Shown piece after piece: positions 48,013 through 58,200 of a stretch of 64,000 nt of DNA. A program made the translations under genes and the position numbers. Every line of letters starts with the position of its first letter. Positions within the stretch are counted from its first letter, which is position 1. Below the pieces are notes generated by a model. That model was not told the DNA's origin and ran no database searches. It saw only the letters and a list, made by a program, of their open reading frames with translations. Source of the stretch: Chitinophagales bacterium (GTDB taxonomy: Bacteria; Bacteroidota; Bacteroidia; Chitinophagales; JADJOU01); NCBI GenBank assembly GCA_044368655.1, contig JBIPPB010000001.1:75317-139316 (forward strand), in the 5' to 3' direction.

Positions 48013-49140
48013 TTAAAAGTTTTTTATAGTTTCTACAATATAATGTAATTGACTCTCTGTCATTTCTGTATGTATTGGTAATGAAAGTACTTCTTTAGAT
48101 AATTTTTCACTTTCACTTAAGTCATATGATGCATTATAATGCATTGCATATGCTTTTTGAAAATGCAATGGCATCGGATAATAAATCATCGAAGGTATTT
48201 CTTTTTCTTGTAAATATGTTTTTAAGGCTTCGCGTTTACCATTTTTAATTTTCATTGTATATTGGTGAAATACATGTGTAGAATTTTTAGATCGAAATGG
48301 TGTTTCAATCCAATCCAATTCTTTTAAAGTGTTGTCATAAAAATCAGCAACTTCATTTCTTGACGTTTCATAATCTTTTAAACGTTTAATTTTTGCATTT
48401 AAAATGACAGCTTGTAACGTATCAAGTCTTGAATTACATCCTACAATATCATGGTAATATTTTACACCAAGTTCGCCATGATGACAAATTCCTTTAAGAC
48501 GTACAGCCAAATCATCATCATTGGTATAAATAGCGCCTCCATCCCCATAAGCGCCAAGATTTTTAGATGGATAAAAAGATGTCGTTCCAATGTTTCCAAT
48601 TGTTCCGGCTTGTTTTACAGTACCATCTGAAAATGTATATTCACTACCAATCGCTTGTGCAGTATCTTCTACAACAAATAAATTGTATTTTTTTGCCAAT
48701 TCCATTATTTTTTCCATCTCACAAGTTTGGCCATATAAATGAACCGGAACAATCGCTTTTGTTTTTGACGTAATTTTTTCTTCAATTTTATTGACATCAA
48801 TATTAAAGGTATTGTAATCAGCGTCTATAAAAATGGGTTTTAGTTTTAAAAGCGCAATAACTTCAGCAGTAGCTACATACGTCCAAGTAGGAACAATTAC
48901 TTCATCGCCTGGCTCTAAACCCAATGCCATTAAAGCCACTTGAATCGCATCCGTACCATTAGCACAAGGAATAATGTATTTTGCTCTAGTAAATGATTTT
49001 AAAGCTTCTGTAAATTCTTTAACTTGTTTACCATTTATAAATTGTGAGGATTCAAAAACCTCTTCAAAGCCTTTATAAATTTCTTCTTTAATTTTCAAAA
49101 ATTGACTTTTTGTGTCAACCATTTGGATGTTTAAATTCAT
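48013..49140 (-). CDS. DegT/DnrJ/EryC1/StrS family aminotransferase (WbpE-like)
   Basis: Contains CANGTDAIQVAL and the PLP lysine context SFYPSKNLGAYGDGG. 375 aa. Confidence 0.85.
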   Translation of the reverse strand: MNLNIQMVDTKSQFLKIKEEIYKGFEEVFESSQFINGKQVKEFTEALKSFTRAKYIIPCANGTDAIQVALMALGLEPGDEVIVPTWTYVATAEVIALLKLKPIFIDADYNTFNIDVNKIEEKITSKTKAIVPVHLYGQTCEMEKIMELAKKYNLFVVEDTAQAIGSEYTFSDGTVKQAGTIGNIGTTSFYPSKNLGAYGDGGAIYTNDDDLAVRLKGICHHGELGVKYYHDIVGCNSRLDTLQAVILNAKIKRLKDYETSRNEVADFYDNTLKELDWIETPFRSKNSTHVFHQYTMKIKNGKREALKTYLQEKEIPSMIYYPMPLHFQKAYAMHYNASYDLSESEKLSKEVLSLPIHTEMTESQLHYIVETIKNF

Positions 49141-49146
49141 ATTTAA

Positions 49147-50385
49147 TTAGTTTAATGTTGTAATGATTTTTGTACTAAATGTTTTATTAATAAAAGCGCT
49201 GTTTTTAGATAAAGATTTGTTATTTTGAAGATTAAAGGTTTCTGGATTATTTAAGTCAATGATACTAAAACGTCCTTTTTTTCCTTCTTCAAAATGTCCA
49301 AGATCAATATTAAAATAATTGGATTGATTTAAAGATAAAACGTTGGAAATTAATTCTATTTGACTATTACCTAATTTTTCAATAAGTGCTTGAAAACTGG
49401 TTTGTAGTCCAATATTACCATTTTCGGCCAAATCAAATTCTAAAACCTTTTCCTCAGGTGTTAATGGTGTATGTTGCGTGTAAACAAAGTCAATAGTTCC
49501 ATCGATTAATGCACTTAATAGAGCATCTTGATCTACTTTAGCACGAAGTGGTGGATTTAGCTTAAAATTAGTGTCAAAATCTAAAACGGAATCTTCATTA
49601 AAAATCAAATTATTTATAGAAACGCCCACTTTAAAATCCATTTCTTTACGATAATTTTTTACAATGTCGATACTTTCTTTTGTAGATAAATCAATGATTA
49701 CAGGCGCATAGCTGCAATATTTTGCAATATCTAATATTTCTTTTAATGCAATAGTTTCGGCTTCGGCCGGAATTCCTTTGAATCCACAATAAAGCGCACT
49801 TTTCCCTTGATGAATTTGGCCGCCTTTGCTCAAACTCACTTTCTCGGGATGAATCAAAAAATGTGAATTATTGATTTTACAATAATTAAAAAGATTTACC
49901 AATAAATCCGCAGAAAGCGAATGTTGATTTTGATTCGTAAATCCTATAATATTTTCATTACTAATTTCTAATATTTCGCTCATTAAATTTTTAGAATTCG
50001 ATTTGAGAATATTAGCTACAGGATGAATGTTTACGTTTTCATTTATATATTTATTTATAAATGAAATATCACTTTTTGAATCAAAAGCATTTTGTATGCT
50101 TGGAAAATGAAAAATATTTGTAAAACCACCTTTTTTGGCCGCATGGCATAATGAATCAAAAGTTTCACGACTTGAAACATTAGGTTCACCCGAAGTACAG
50201 TAAATATCTATTAGGCCCGGAATCAAACACAATTCCTTTCCATCAATAGTTTCATCTACAATATCGGTTATTTTTGTATTAATTTTTTCAATGCCTTTTT
50301 CGCTCCAAATAAAATCGACGTTTTTATTATAAAATGAAGAGCCAGGAAATAGAATTTTTACATTTTTAAAAAGTGTTTTTTTCAT
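49147..50385 (-). CDS. dihydroorotase-like amidohydrolase-fold protein, probably non-catalytic
   Basis: Overall DHOase layout (PGLIDI..., KKGGFT, ...EEK...GNIGLQT). However, the HxH motif reads IYC, the HxS motif reads IDLST, and DHAPH reads QHTPL. Confidence 0.65.
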   Translation of the reverse strand: MKKTLFKNVKILFPGSSFYNKNVDFIWSEKGIEKINTKITDIVDETIDGKELCLIPGLIDIYCTSGEPNVSSRETFDSLCHAAKKGGFTNIFHFPSIQNAFDSKSDISFINKYINENVNIHPVANILKSNSKNLMSEILEISNENIIGFTNQNQHSLSADLLVNLFNYCKINNSHFLIHPEKVSLSKGGQIHQGKSALYCGFKGIPAEAETIALKEILDIAKYCSYAPVIIDLSTKESIDIVKNYRKEMDFKVGVSINNLIFNEDSVLDFDTNFKLNPPLRAKVDQDALLSALIDGTIDFVYTQHTPLTPEEKVLEFDLAENGNIGLQTSFQALIEKLGNSQIELISNVLSLNQSNYFNIDLGHFEEGKKGRFSIIDLNNPETFNLQNNKSLSKNSAFINKTFSTKIITTLN

Positions 50386-50689
50386 TTGTAAAATATATTT
50401 TTATAACAGAAAAATGTATTGCAATTTATTTACTTAAAGAAGAAACATTACAAAATTAAAATAATTATTCAAAAACCAGTTTTTTACTTAAAGATTTACA
50501 AAAAATAGCATAAAAATTTAATAGTTTAATAATACAACTATTATTATAAAATATGGAAAAAAGTATATTTTTAAAGGAAATTATATAAAAAAATCAATTA
50601 AAAGGAAAGAAAAAAGAACATTAAAAAAGCTAAATAGGCTTTAAATTCATATAAAGTTGACAAATACAACTATTTTAAAAAGCAGAAAT

Positions 50690-53600
50690 TTATATTTTTA
50701 TCTTACTTAAAGCATTTTTAGCAGCCTCGCTATTTTTAATATCTAAAAATTCAATAATTAAGTACTCCGACGTATGTTTTATAGAGCAACCAAAAGGAAT
50801 TTTTGAAACATATTCCAAAATTTTTCCAAAGGTTTCAGACTTATAATATAAAGAATCTTTATTTTGAATTAAATAACAACGCATTTTATTGTTTTTTAAA
50901 ATAATTCGTTCGATACCTAGAGGTGAAGCAATCCATTTTAACCGAAGCGCATTACATATTTCAAATATTTGACTCGGAAGTTTCCCAAATCGATCTTTTA
51001 ATTTTTTAAGAAAAGCCTCAAGTTCTTCTTCGTTTTTTAATATATTCAGTTCGGTATAAATTGAAATGCGCTCCTGACTTTGAGAAATATATTTGTCGGG
51101 AATATATAAATCATAATCCGTTTCAATCACACAATCTTTAGCATAATTGATTTGATTGATATCTAAATCGTATAAATCACGATAATCATTTTCTTTGAGT
51201 TCAGTAATGGTTTCATCCAAAATTTTCATAAAGGTGTCGTATCCAATGTCCGAAATAAATCCACTTTGTTCGCCACCAAGTAAATTTCCTGCACCTCGCA
51301 AATCTAAATCGCGCATCGCTATTTGAAAACCACTTCCTAAATCCGAATTTTGTTCAATCGCTCTCAACCGCTGTTTAGACTCATTCGTTAAACTATGAAC
51401 ATTTGGACACAAAAGATAGCAATACGCTTTTTTGTTACTCCTTCCTACCCGACCGCGCATTTGATGTAAATCGCTCATTCCAAATTGATGCGCATTATTT
51501 ATGATAATCGTATTGGCATTTGGAATATCAATCCCACTTTCTATAATGTTTGTACTAAATAAAACATCATATTTTTTTTCCATAAAATCAACGATAATAT
51601 TTTCCAATTTATCGCCTTCCATTTGACCGTGCGCCAAAACCATATCAATATTTGGCATCAACGGTTTTAAAATGCTCATTAGTTGTTCTAATTCTTTGAT
51701 ACGATTGTTTATAAAAAAAACTTGACCGCCACGAAAAACTTCGTTTTCAATAATTTCTTTTATAAAATCGGGTTCAAATTGTGCAATTTCGGTATAAACC
51801 GGAATTCGATTTGGTGGAGGCGTTTGGATTAAACTATAATCGCGCGCACCCAATAATGAAAATTGTAAGGTTCGAGGAATTGGAGTAGCAGTTAAAGTAA
51901 GCGTATCAACATTTAATTTTACTTCTTTAAGCTTTTCTTTAACCGCCACGCCAAATTTTTGTTCTTCGTCAATAATTAATAAACCTAAATCTTTAAATTT
52001 AACTTTACTTCCAACAATAGCATGCGTACCGATTAAAATATCAATTTTGCCACTTTCAAGATTTTTGAAAATCTCCGTTTTTTGTTTTTGTGTTTTAAAT
52101 CGATTAATAAACTCAATGCGACAAGGAAAATCTTTGAGCCGTTCGCTAAAAGTTCGGTAATGTTGAAGCGCTAAAATAGTAGTAGGTACCAAAACCGCAA
52201 CTTGTTTACTGTCCGCAACCGCTTTAAAAGCCGCACGAATGGCAATTTCAGTTTTACCAAAACCCACATCTCCACAAACCAAACGATCCATCGGAATCAT
52301 TTTTTCCATATCTTGTTTTACCTCAAGCGTTGCTTTAGCTTGGTCGGGCGTATCTTCATAAATAAAACTTTCTTCCAACTCATATTGCATATAAGTATCT
52401 GCATTAAAAGCAAAACCTTTGCTGGATTTTCTTTTTGCATAAAGCTTAATTAAGTCTTCGGCAATATCTTTAATACGTTTTTTTGTTTTCCTTTTAATCG
52501 CCTGCCAGCTATCGCCTCCAATTTTATTTAATTTTGGCTCTATTCCTTCTTTACCAACATATTTACTGATTTTATATAATGAATTAATATGCACATATAA
52601 AATGTCATTATTTTGATAAATAAGTCGAACAGCTTCTTGAATATTGCCATTAATTTCGAGCTGCTCCAAGCCCGAAAATTTCCCAACACCATGATCAATA
52701 TGCGTTACGTAATCGCCGGGCTTTAATTCTTTGATGTTTTTTATTAATATCGCTTGTGCCGAATGATTTGTGTTTTTTGAAAAATCATTTTTCTTAAAAC
52801 GTTGAAAAATTTCGTGTGAGGTAAAAAAAACTAATTTTTGCTCAAAATCAACAAAGCCAAAACTAAATTCGCCAAGATGTTTTACATAGGTAATGTTTTT
52901 GCTTAAATCTTTAAAAATAACATCATATCGGTCAAATTGTTTTTCGTCTTCGCACATTAATGTAACCACAAAACCGTCCGATTGGTATTTTTCTATTTCT
53001 TGGCAAAGTTTATTAAAGTTTTTTTGAATGACGGGAGAAGGTTCCGAAATCGTTTCGTTTAAATATTCAACATTCGATTTTTTTATGCTATCAATTGAAA
53101 TAAATGATTTGTGGCTAAATAATTCATCAATAGCATTCGGCTCAATAAAATAATTTGCTGGGATTACATCGTCGGAGCTATCCATTCTTTTTTCGTTAAA
53201 AAACAAATGAAGTTGCTCCATTTTAGTTTTTAACTTATCGGAATCTTTTATCCAAAAACGCGTGTCTGTAGGAAAACTTTCCCAAACAGGAACAAACGAG
53301 GTTTCTTTATTCTTAAGATAACTGCTGCTTAAAATAAAGTGATCATGAAATGAAACGGAAAGTTGGTCTTCAATATCAAAACAACGAATTTCTTCTATTT
53401 CATTATCAAATAATTCAATACGATATGGTAAAGCATTACTATAAGAATAAACATCTATAATGTTGCCCCGAATCGCATATTGCCCAAACTCATAAACAAA
53501 TGGAACGCGCTCAAAACCCATTTCGTCACAAAGCGCAATAAATTTTGGAATATCTAAAATTTCGCCTTTTTTATATGATTTTAAAAAACGCTGTTGCGAA

Positions 53601-53977
53601 GCCATTTTTTCATAAAGGGCTTCAGGATAGGTTACCGCTATAATTTCGTCACGTTTTAAAAACTGATCAATTTGAACGGAACGATCACTAATTTTTGGTT
53701 TTAAAAAAGAAATGGATTTGTTTTTAATTTCAAAAGCACTGTCTAAAAATAAATAAGGAAAATCCGAATGGATAAGTTTAAAATCGTTTAGCATCTGAAG
53801 CGCTTCTTCCCGATCGGATAAAACAATAATATTTCTCTTTTTTGATTTTTTGCAAACATTGTAAATAAAGAGATTGTCTATAGAATTCGATTGCCAAAAA
53901 TAACCGCAGTTGGGGTTATTTAATGATTTTTCATAAAAGTTTTGAATTCTTCTGTCGTTAGAATATTTTGAAAACAA
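50690..53977 (-). CDS. mfd: transcription-repair coupling factor
   Basis: 1095 aa. Has a CarD-like domain (GDYVTHIDHGVGKF), SF2 helicase motifs GDVGFGKTE and DEEQKFG, and a TRCF C-terminal domain. Confidence 0.93.
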   Translation of the reverse strand: MFSKYSNDRRIQNFYEKSLNNPNCGYFWQSNSIDNLFIYNVCKKSKKRNIIVLSDREEALQMLNDFKLIHSDFPYLFLDSAFEIKNKSISFLKPKISDRSVQIDQFLKRDEIIAVTYPEALYEKMASQQRFLKSYKKGEILDIPKFIALCDEMGFERVPFVYEFGQYAIRGNIIDVYSYSNALPYRIELFDNEIEEIRCFDIEDQLSVSFHDHFILSSSYLKNKETSFVPVWESFPTDTRFWIKDSDKLKTKMEQLHLFFNEKRMDSSDDVIPANYFIEPNAIDELFSHKSFISIDSIKKSNVEYLNETISEPSPVIQKNFNKLCQEIEKYQSDGFVVTLMCEDEKQFDRYDVIFKDLSKNITYVKHLGEFSFGFVDFEQKLVFFTSHEIFQRFKKNDFSKNTNHSAQAILIKNIKELKPGDYVTHIDHGVGKFSGLEQLEINGNIQEAVRLIYQNNDILYVHINSLYKISKYVGKEGIEPKLNKIGGDSWQAIKRKTKKRIKDIAEDLIKLYAKRKSSKGFAFNADTYMQYELEESFIYEDTPDQAKATLEVKQDMEKMIPMDRLVCGDVGFGKTEIAIRAAFKAVADSKQVAVLVPTTILALQHYRTFSERLKDFPCRIEFINRFKTQKQKTEIFKNLESGKIDILIGTHAIVGSKVKFKDLGLLIIDEEQKFGVAVKEKLKEVKLNVDTLTLTATPIPRTLQFSLLGARDYSLIQTPPPNRIPVYTEIAQFEPDFIKEIIENEVFRGGQVFFINNRIKELEQLMSILKPLMPNIDMVLAHGQMEGDKLENIIVDFMEKKYDVLFSTNIIESGIDIPNANTIIINNAHQFGMSDLHQMRGRVGRSNKKAYCYLLCPNVHSLTNESKQRLRAIEQNSDLGSGFQIAMRDLDLRGAGNLLGGEQSGFISDIGYDTFMKILDETITELKENDYRDLYDLDINQINYAKDCVIETDYDLYIPDKYISQSQERISIYTELNILKNEEELEAFLKKLKDRFGKLPSQIFEICNALRLKWIASPLGIERIILKNNKMRCYLIQNKDSLYYKSETFGKILEYVSKIPFGCSIKHTSEYLIIEFLDIKNSEAAKNALSKIKI

Positions 53978-53994
53978 CGCCTAATTTTTAAATA

Positions 53995-54561
53995 TTATAA
54001 ATTCATTAATATTTCGTTCTTTTTGCTTTCAAACTCTTGCTGCGTAATGAGTCCCGCTTCATAAAGTTTTTTAAGTTTTGTTAAAACTTCTGTCGTGCGG
54101 TCTTCCGCAGTTTGCTCTACGTGAACCGGTTCATCAACAATTTTTTCTTCTTCTACAATAATCTTAGTTTCTTTATTTAAATCAATTTGTTCTTTGCTAA
54201 TTGCATATAATCTTCGCGCTTGACTTTTTGGAAGATAATCCATTTCTAATAAAGAGCCGTCTTTCGTTTTTACTTTGATATCCGCACCCAAAAGACCTTC
54301 TTTTAAAATACAATCCACAATATTTTTCCAATAGTAATCGACAAAATCCATCGAAAGACCAAGGTTTTTTTGTTTACAAAAAACAATACGTTTATTTGTA
54401 ATCGCAATACAATCGGGAGCAATATTGCCAACAGGTTTTTTTTGAATCGCCAAATACATCAAATCTTCACCGGAAGTCATCAAAGTGATTAATTTTTTAT
54501 GCAATTTACTAACGGTTTCAGGATCTTGTTCGTCTTGAATTAAATGTTCAAAAGTATTCAT
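53995..54561 (-). CDS. bacterial PH-like domain plus SHOCT domain protein
   Basis: The N-terminal region resembles a YokE/bPH domain (IAITNKRIVFCKQK...). The C-terminus LKKLYEAGLITQQEFESKKNEIL is a SHOCT motif. Confidence 0.55.
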   Translation of the reverse strand: MNTFEHLIQDEQDPETVSKLHKKLITLMTSGEDLMYLAIQKKPVGNIAPDCIAITNKRIVFCKQKNLGLSMDFVDYYWKNIVDCILKEGLLGADIKVKTKDGSLLEMDYLPKSQARRLYAISKEQIDLNKETKIIVEEEKIVDEPVHVEQTAEDRTTEVLTKLKKLYEAGLITQQEFESKKNEILMNL

Positions 54562-54648
54562 AAAATTGGATTTATCTACAAAAGTAAAAAATTTCTCAAA
54601 ATTAAATCTTATTTATTCAAAAAGTTATACTTTTGATAAAAAATTGAA

Positions 54649-55158
54649 GTGAAAACAAAGAATATTTTTTTTGTTGGATTTATGGGAAGCGGAAAAACGT
54701 TTTTTGGTAAAAAGTTGTCCAAAAAATGGAATAGGCCTTTTGTTGATTTAGATCTCTATATTGAGCAAAAAATGGAAAAGTCAATAGATTCTATATTTAA
54801 AGAATATGGAGAGCATTATTTTAGAAAACTAGAAAATCAATTTTTAAAAGAATTGTCAGCTCAAGAAAATTTAATAATTAGCTGTGGCGGCGGCACCCCT
54901 ATTTTTCATAATAATTTAGATATTATGAAAAAATCGGGCATCGTTATTTATATAAAACAGCCTAAGGAAATTTTATTAGGAAGAATAAGAAGAAATAAAC
55001 AAAAAAGACCTTTGGTTCAAAATTTAAATGATGACGAATTAAAAGCATTTATTGATCAGAAACTAGAAGAACGAGAAAAATTTTATAATCAAGCGAATAT
55101 TATTATTGAGCTTCCAACACTTGAAAAAATGGAACATCAAATCTTAACATTATGTTAA
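54649..55158 (+). CDS. aroK: shikimate kinase
   Basis: Contains the Walker A motif GFMGSGKT and SCGGGTP. 169 aa. GTG start. Confidence 0.88.
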   Translation: MKTKNIFFVGFMGSGKTFFGKKLSKKWNRPFVDLDLYIEQKMEKSIDSIFKEYGEHYFRKLENQFLKELSAQENLIISCGGGTPIFHNNLDIMKKSGIVIYIKQPKEILLGRIRRNKQKRPLVQNLNDDELKAFIDQKLEEREKFYNQANIIIELPTLEKMEHQILTLC

Positions 55159-55205
55159 ATCGTTAGTTTTCAAAATAAAAAGTCATCAATATTCAAAAAT
55201 TTAGA

Positions 55206-55213
55206 TATTTTTG
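55206..55213 (+). promoter_or_regulatory. candidate -7 box TATTTTTG for the 1808-aa gene
   Basis: Matches TAnnTTTG upstream of both candidate ATGs (55234 and 55261). Confidence 0.35.
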
Positions 55214-55260
55214 TATTTCAAATAATTATACACATGTTGTGTATTTTAAATTTTAAAGTT

Positions 55261-58200
55261 ATGAAAAAACTTCTACTTTTAACTGCTTTGACCATTCAGT
55301 TATTGATCCAAGCTCAAACAACTATCTTTTCGGAGAATTTTGGAACGCCAACAGGAAACACAACGATTCCAAATTATGTAAATGGAACGGCACCCGCAAC
55401 TTTTCAGAGAAAAGCGACGCATTTATTTGCGGGAAGTGCAGATATTCGTGTTACGGGGCAATCATCAACGTATACAGGGTTTTCAGCAGGTGGAAATTTA
55501 TGGTTGACAAATACTGCGAATAGAGATTTAGTTATTTCAAAAATCAATACATTAAACCACACATTCATTACCTTGTCATTTGGTTTTTTCCAAACAAGTT
55601 CAACGGCCCAAATTATATTAGCTGAATTTAGTACCGATAGTATTAACTGGACAAATATTGCTTTTACAAGACCTTCTTCAGGAGCTTGGGCCTTGGTAAC
55701 GGCAACGACAAATTTGCCAGCGGACTCAAATTTAAAAATAAGATTTAGACAACCTACTTCGGGAACATTAAATTCTTATAGAGTGGATGATATTAGAATA
55801 ACGGGTTTTGCAAACACCCCTTGTGCCAGCTCTCCTGTTTTGAATTCATACCAAGCAACCAACATCTGTCCAAATTGGACAGTACAATTGGATTCGACAT
55901 TTATACCAACCAATAAGCCTGCTTCAAGTAAAATCACATGGCATACGGGTGACACCGCTAAGAATAATAATAAAATGGGTAATTTGAATGTAGATCCAGG
56001 AACATATTATATTTCATTTTATGATAGTACCAATAATTGCTATTCAGCTACAAAAGCGGTAACCGTAACACAAACGAATTGTAATCAAACATGTTTTTAT
56101 AATGAAAATTTTGGATCACCTACAGTAACAACAGGCGTAGATACCTTTTTAGGATTTCAAAGTGGAGCACCCATTTCGTACAAAGGAAATGTGGATGTGA
56201 GAACAACATCCACATCAAATGGATATTCAGGAGCGTCAGGAAGCGGAAACGTGTTTTTGACTTCTACAAGCTTGCCAAGAAGACTAACAATATCAGGAAT
56301 TAATTCATTAAATTACAAAAACTTACAATTATCATTTGGTTTAATGAAATCTACAAATGATTCGTTTAAATTAAATATTCAAGTGGGTTTGGATACATTA
56401 AATATGACATCATTATCATACAGCACCGTTTTAGGACAAAATCAATGGGTATATATTACCCCAACAGGAAATATTCCTAAAACTACAAACTTGTATATAA
56501 GATTTTCAAATAGCAATACGTCTCAGTTTAGACTGGATGATTTGAAATTATGTGGCGAGCCTATTTGTAATTTAATACCTACGTTGAATGATACGATGGC
56601 TACGAATGACTGTCCAGACACAACCGTAAATTTAGGTTTATATTTTCAAGCACCTAATCAACCAACTAATTTAAAATTGACTTGGCATACGATGGCATCT
56701 GCCAACCCAAATAACAAAATGACCAATTTGCTGGTTTCTGGTCCCGCGGTATATTATGCTAGTTATTATGATAGTGCCAATAATTGTTACTCTGCTACTA
56801 GAAAAGTATATGTGACAAAGACGACTTGTGGTTCAAATTGCAATATTATTCCCGTTTTGAATGATACGATGGCTACGAATGACTGTCCAGACACAACCGT
56901 AAATTTGGGTTTATATTTTCAAGCACCTAATCAACCAACCAATTTAAAATTGACTTGGCATACTATGGCTTCTGCCAATCCAAACAACAGAATGACCAAT
57001 TTGACGGTTTCAACACAAGGCGAATATTTTGCAAGTTATTTTGATAGTCTTAACAATTGTTATTCAGCTACTAAAAAGATTGTATTTAATAAAATCTCTT
57101 GCAACACTCCAATTTGTCAAGTAAAGCCAATATTAATAGATACAATTATTTCGAATACGTGTCCAGACACTACCGTTAATGTAGAAAATGTGATTTTAGA
57201 GCAAAATAAACCAACCAATGCAAAATTGACTTGGCATAACGGTTCTAATGCAACACCAAACACTAAACTTTCGAGCTTAATACTTTCTCAAGCGGGAGAC
57301 TATTTTGTAAGTTATTTTGATAGTGCTAACAATTGTTATGGACCAACGCAGAAAGTAATATTTGATAAAATAACATGTAGCAATACGTGCGTAAACAAAC
57401 CCAATATTACAGATACGATTTTATTCAATACATGTCCGGATACCACAATAAATACAAATTTAGTTGTAGTAAATGGCGTAAATTTTGGACAAGAAGTTAC
57501 GTGGCACAATTCAGTTGTAGCAGATGCGTCTTCGGAAATTCAAAAACCATCTTTGGTGATTCAAAATTCAACGTTTTATATTGCATTGAAAGAAACGTTA
57601 AACAACTGTTATACCCCAACGCAAAAGGTACAATTTATAATAAGTAAACAAGTCGGAGCCAATTCGTTAGTATTAGATACAGCCATTTGTTCTTCTTCTT
57701 CTATCAAATTTAATGGAAGAACCTATACTCAAAAGGGAACATACACTGATACGATAATTAAAAAGGGTGGTTGCGACAGTTTTGTTCGCATTCGCATTTC
57801 ACATTTAGATTCATTAAAAACGCCAAATCTTGGTCAATCGATAATTACAAATATTTGTCCAGACACAACAATAAACTTAAATCAAAAAGTTACAGTATTA
57901 AATAATGCCTTTGGAGCTATTTTACAGTGGCACGACACCACAAGGCCTACACCAAACAATAGATATTTTGACTCTATCGTTTATAGTTCAAAAGTTTTAT
58001 ATGCATTTTTTAAAGACACCAATAATGGATGTTATTCGAATCCAAGAATGTTGATGGTTAATATCAAAAATTGCGACAGCCCTCAGTGTGACACATCTAA
58101 AATATTATTATCGTTTTCATATGCAAATAAAATATTAAGTGCAAATGTAGCAGGGGCAGCATTACCTATTTCTTATTTTTGGAATAATAACAACGTAACC

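Noticed and set aside
50386-50689. A 304-bp gap between mfd and the dihydroorotase-like gene. It contains short direct repeats (TTACTTAAAGA twice, AATACAACTATT twice) and a weak AAAGC/GCTTT hairpin.
   Set aside because: The repeats are only 11-12 nt of A/T-rich sequence, so they are likely chance. The hairpin has a 5-bp stem with two G:C pairs. The gap is probably just the mfd terminator region plus the downstream promoter.
55234-55260. N-terminal extensions given by the longest-ORF starts, for example at 55234, 25686, 28239, 6455, 5473, 3803 and 26310.
   Set aside because: In each case an internal ATG gives a canonical signal peptide or the conserved family N-terminus, and removes overlaps with neighbours. 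The extensions are kept only as alternatives.
56566-57660. Periodic repeats that might be mistaken for a CRISPR or other non-coding array.
   Set aside because: The period is 273-276 bp. The repeats are in frame and encode a conserved protein module. There is no short direct-repeat/spacer organisation anywhere in the window, and no cas genes.
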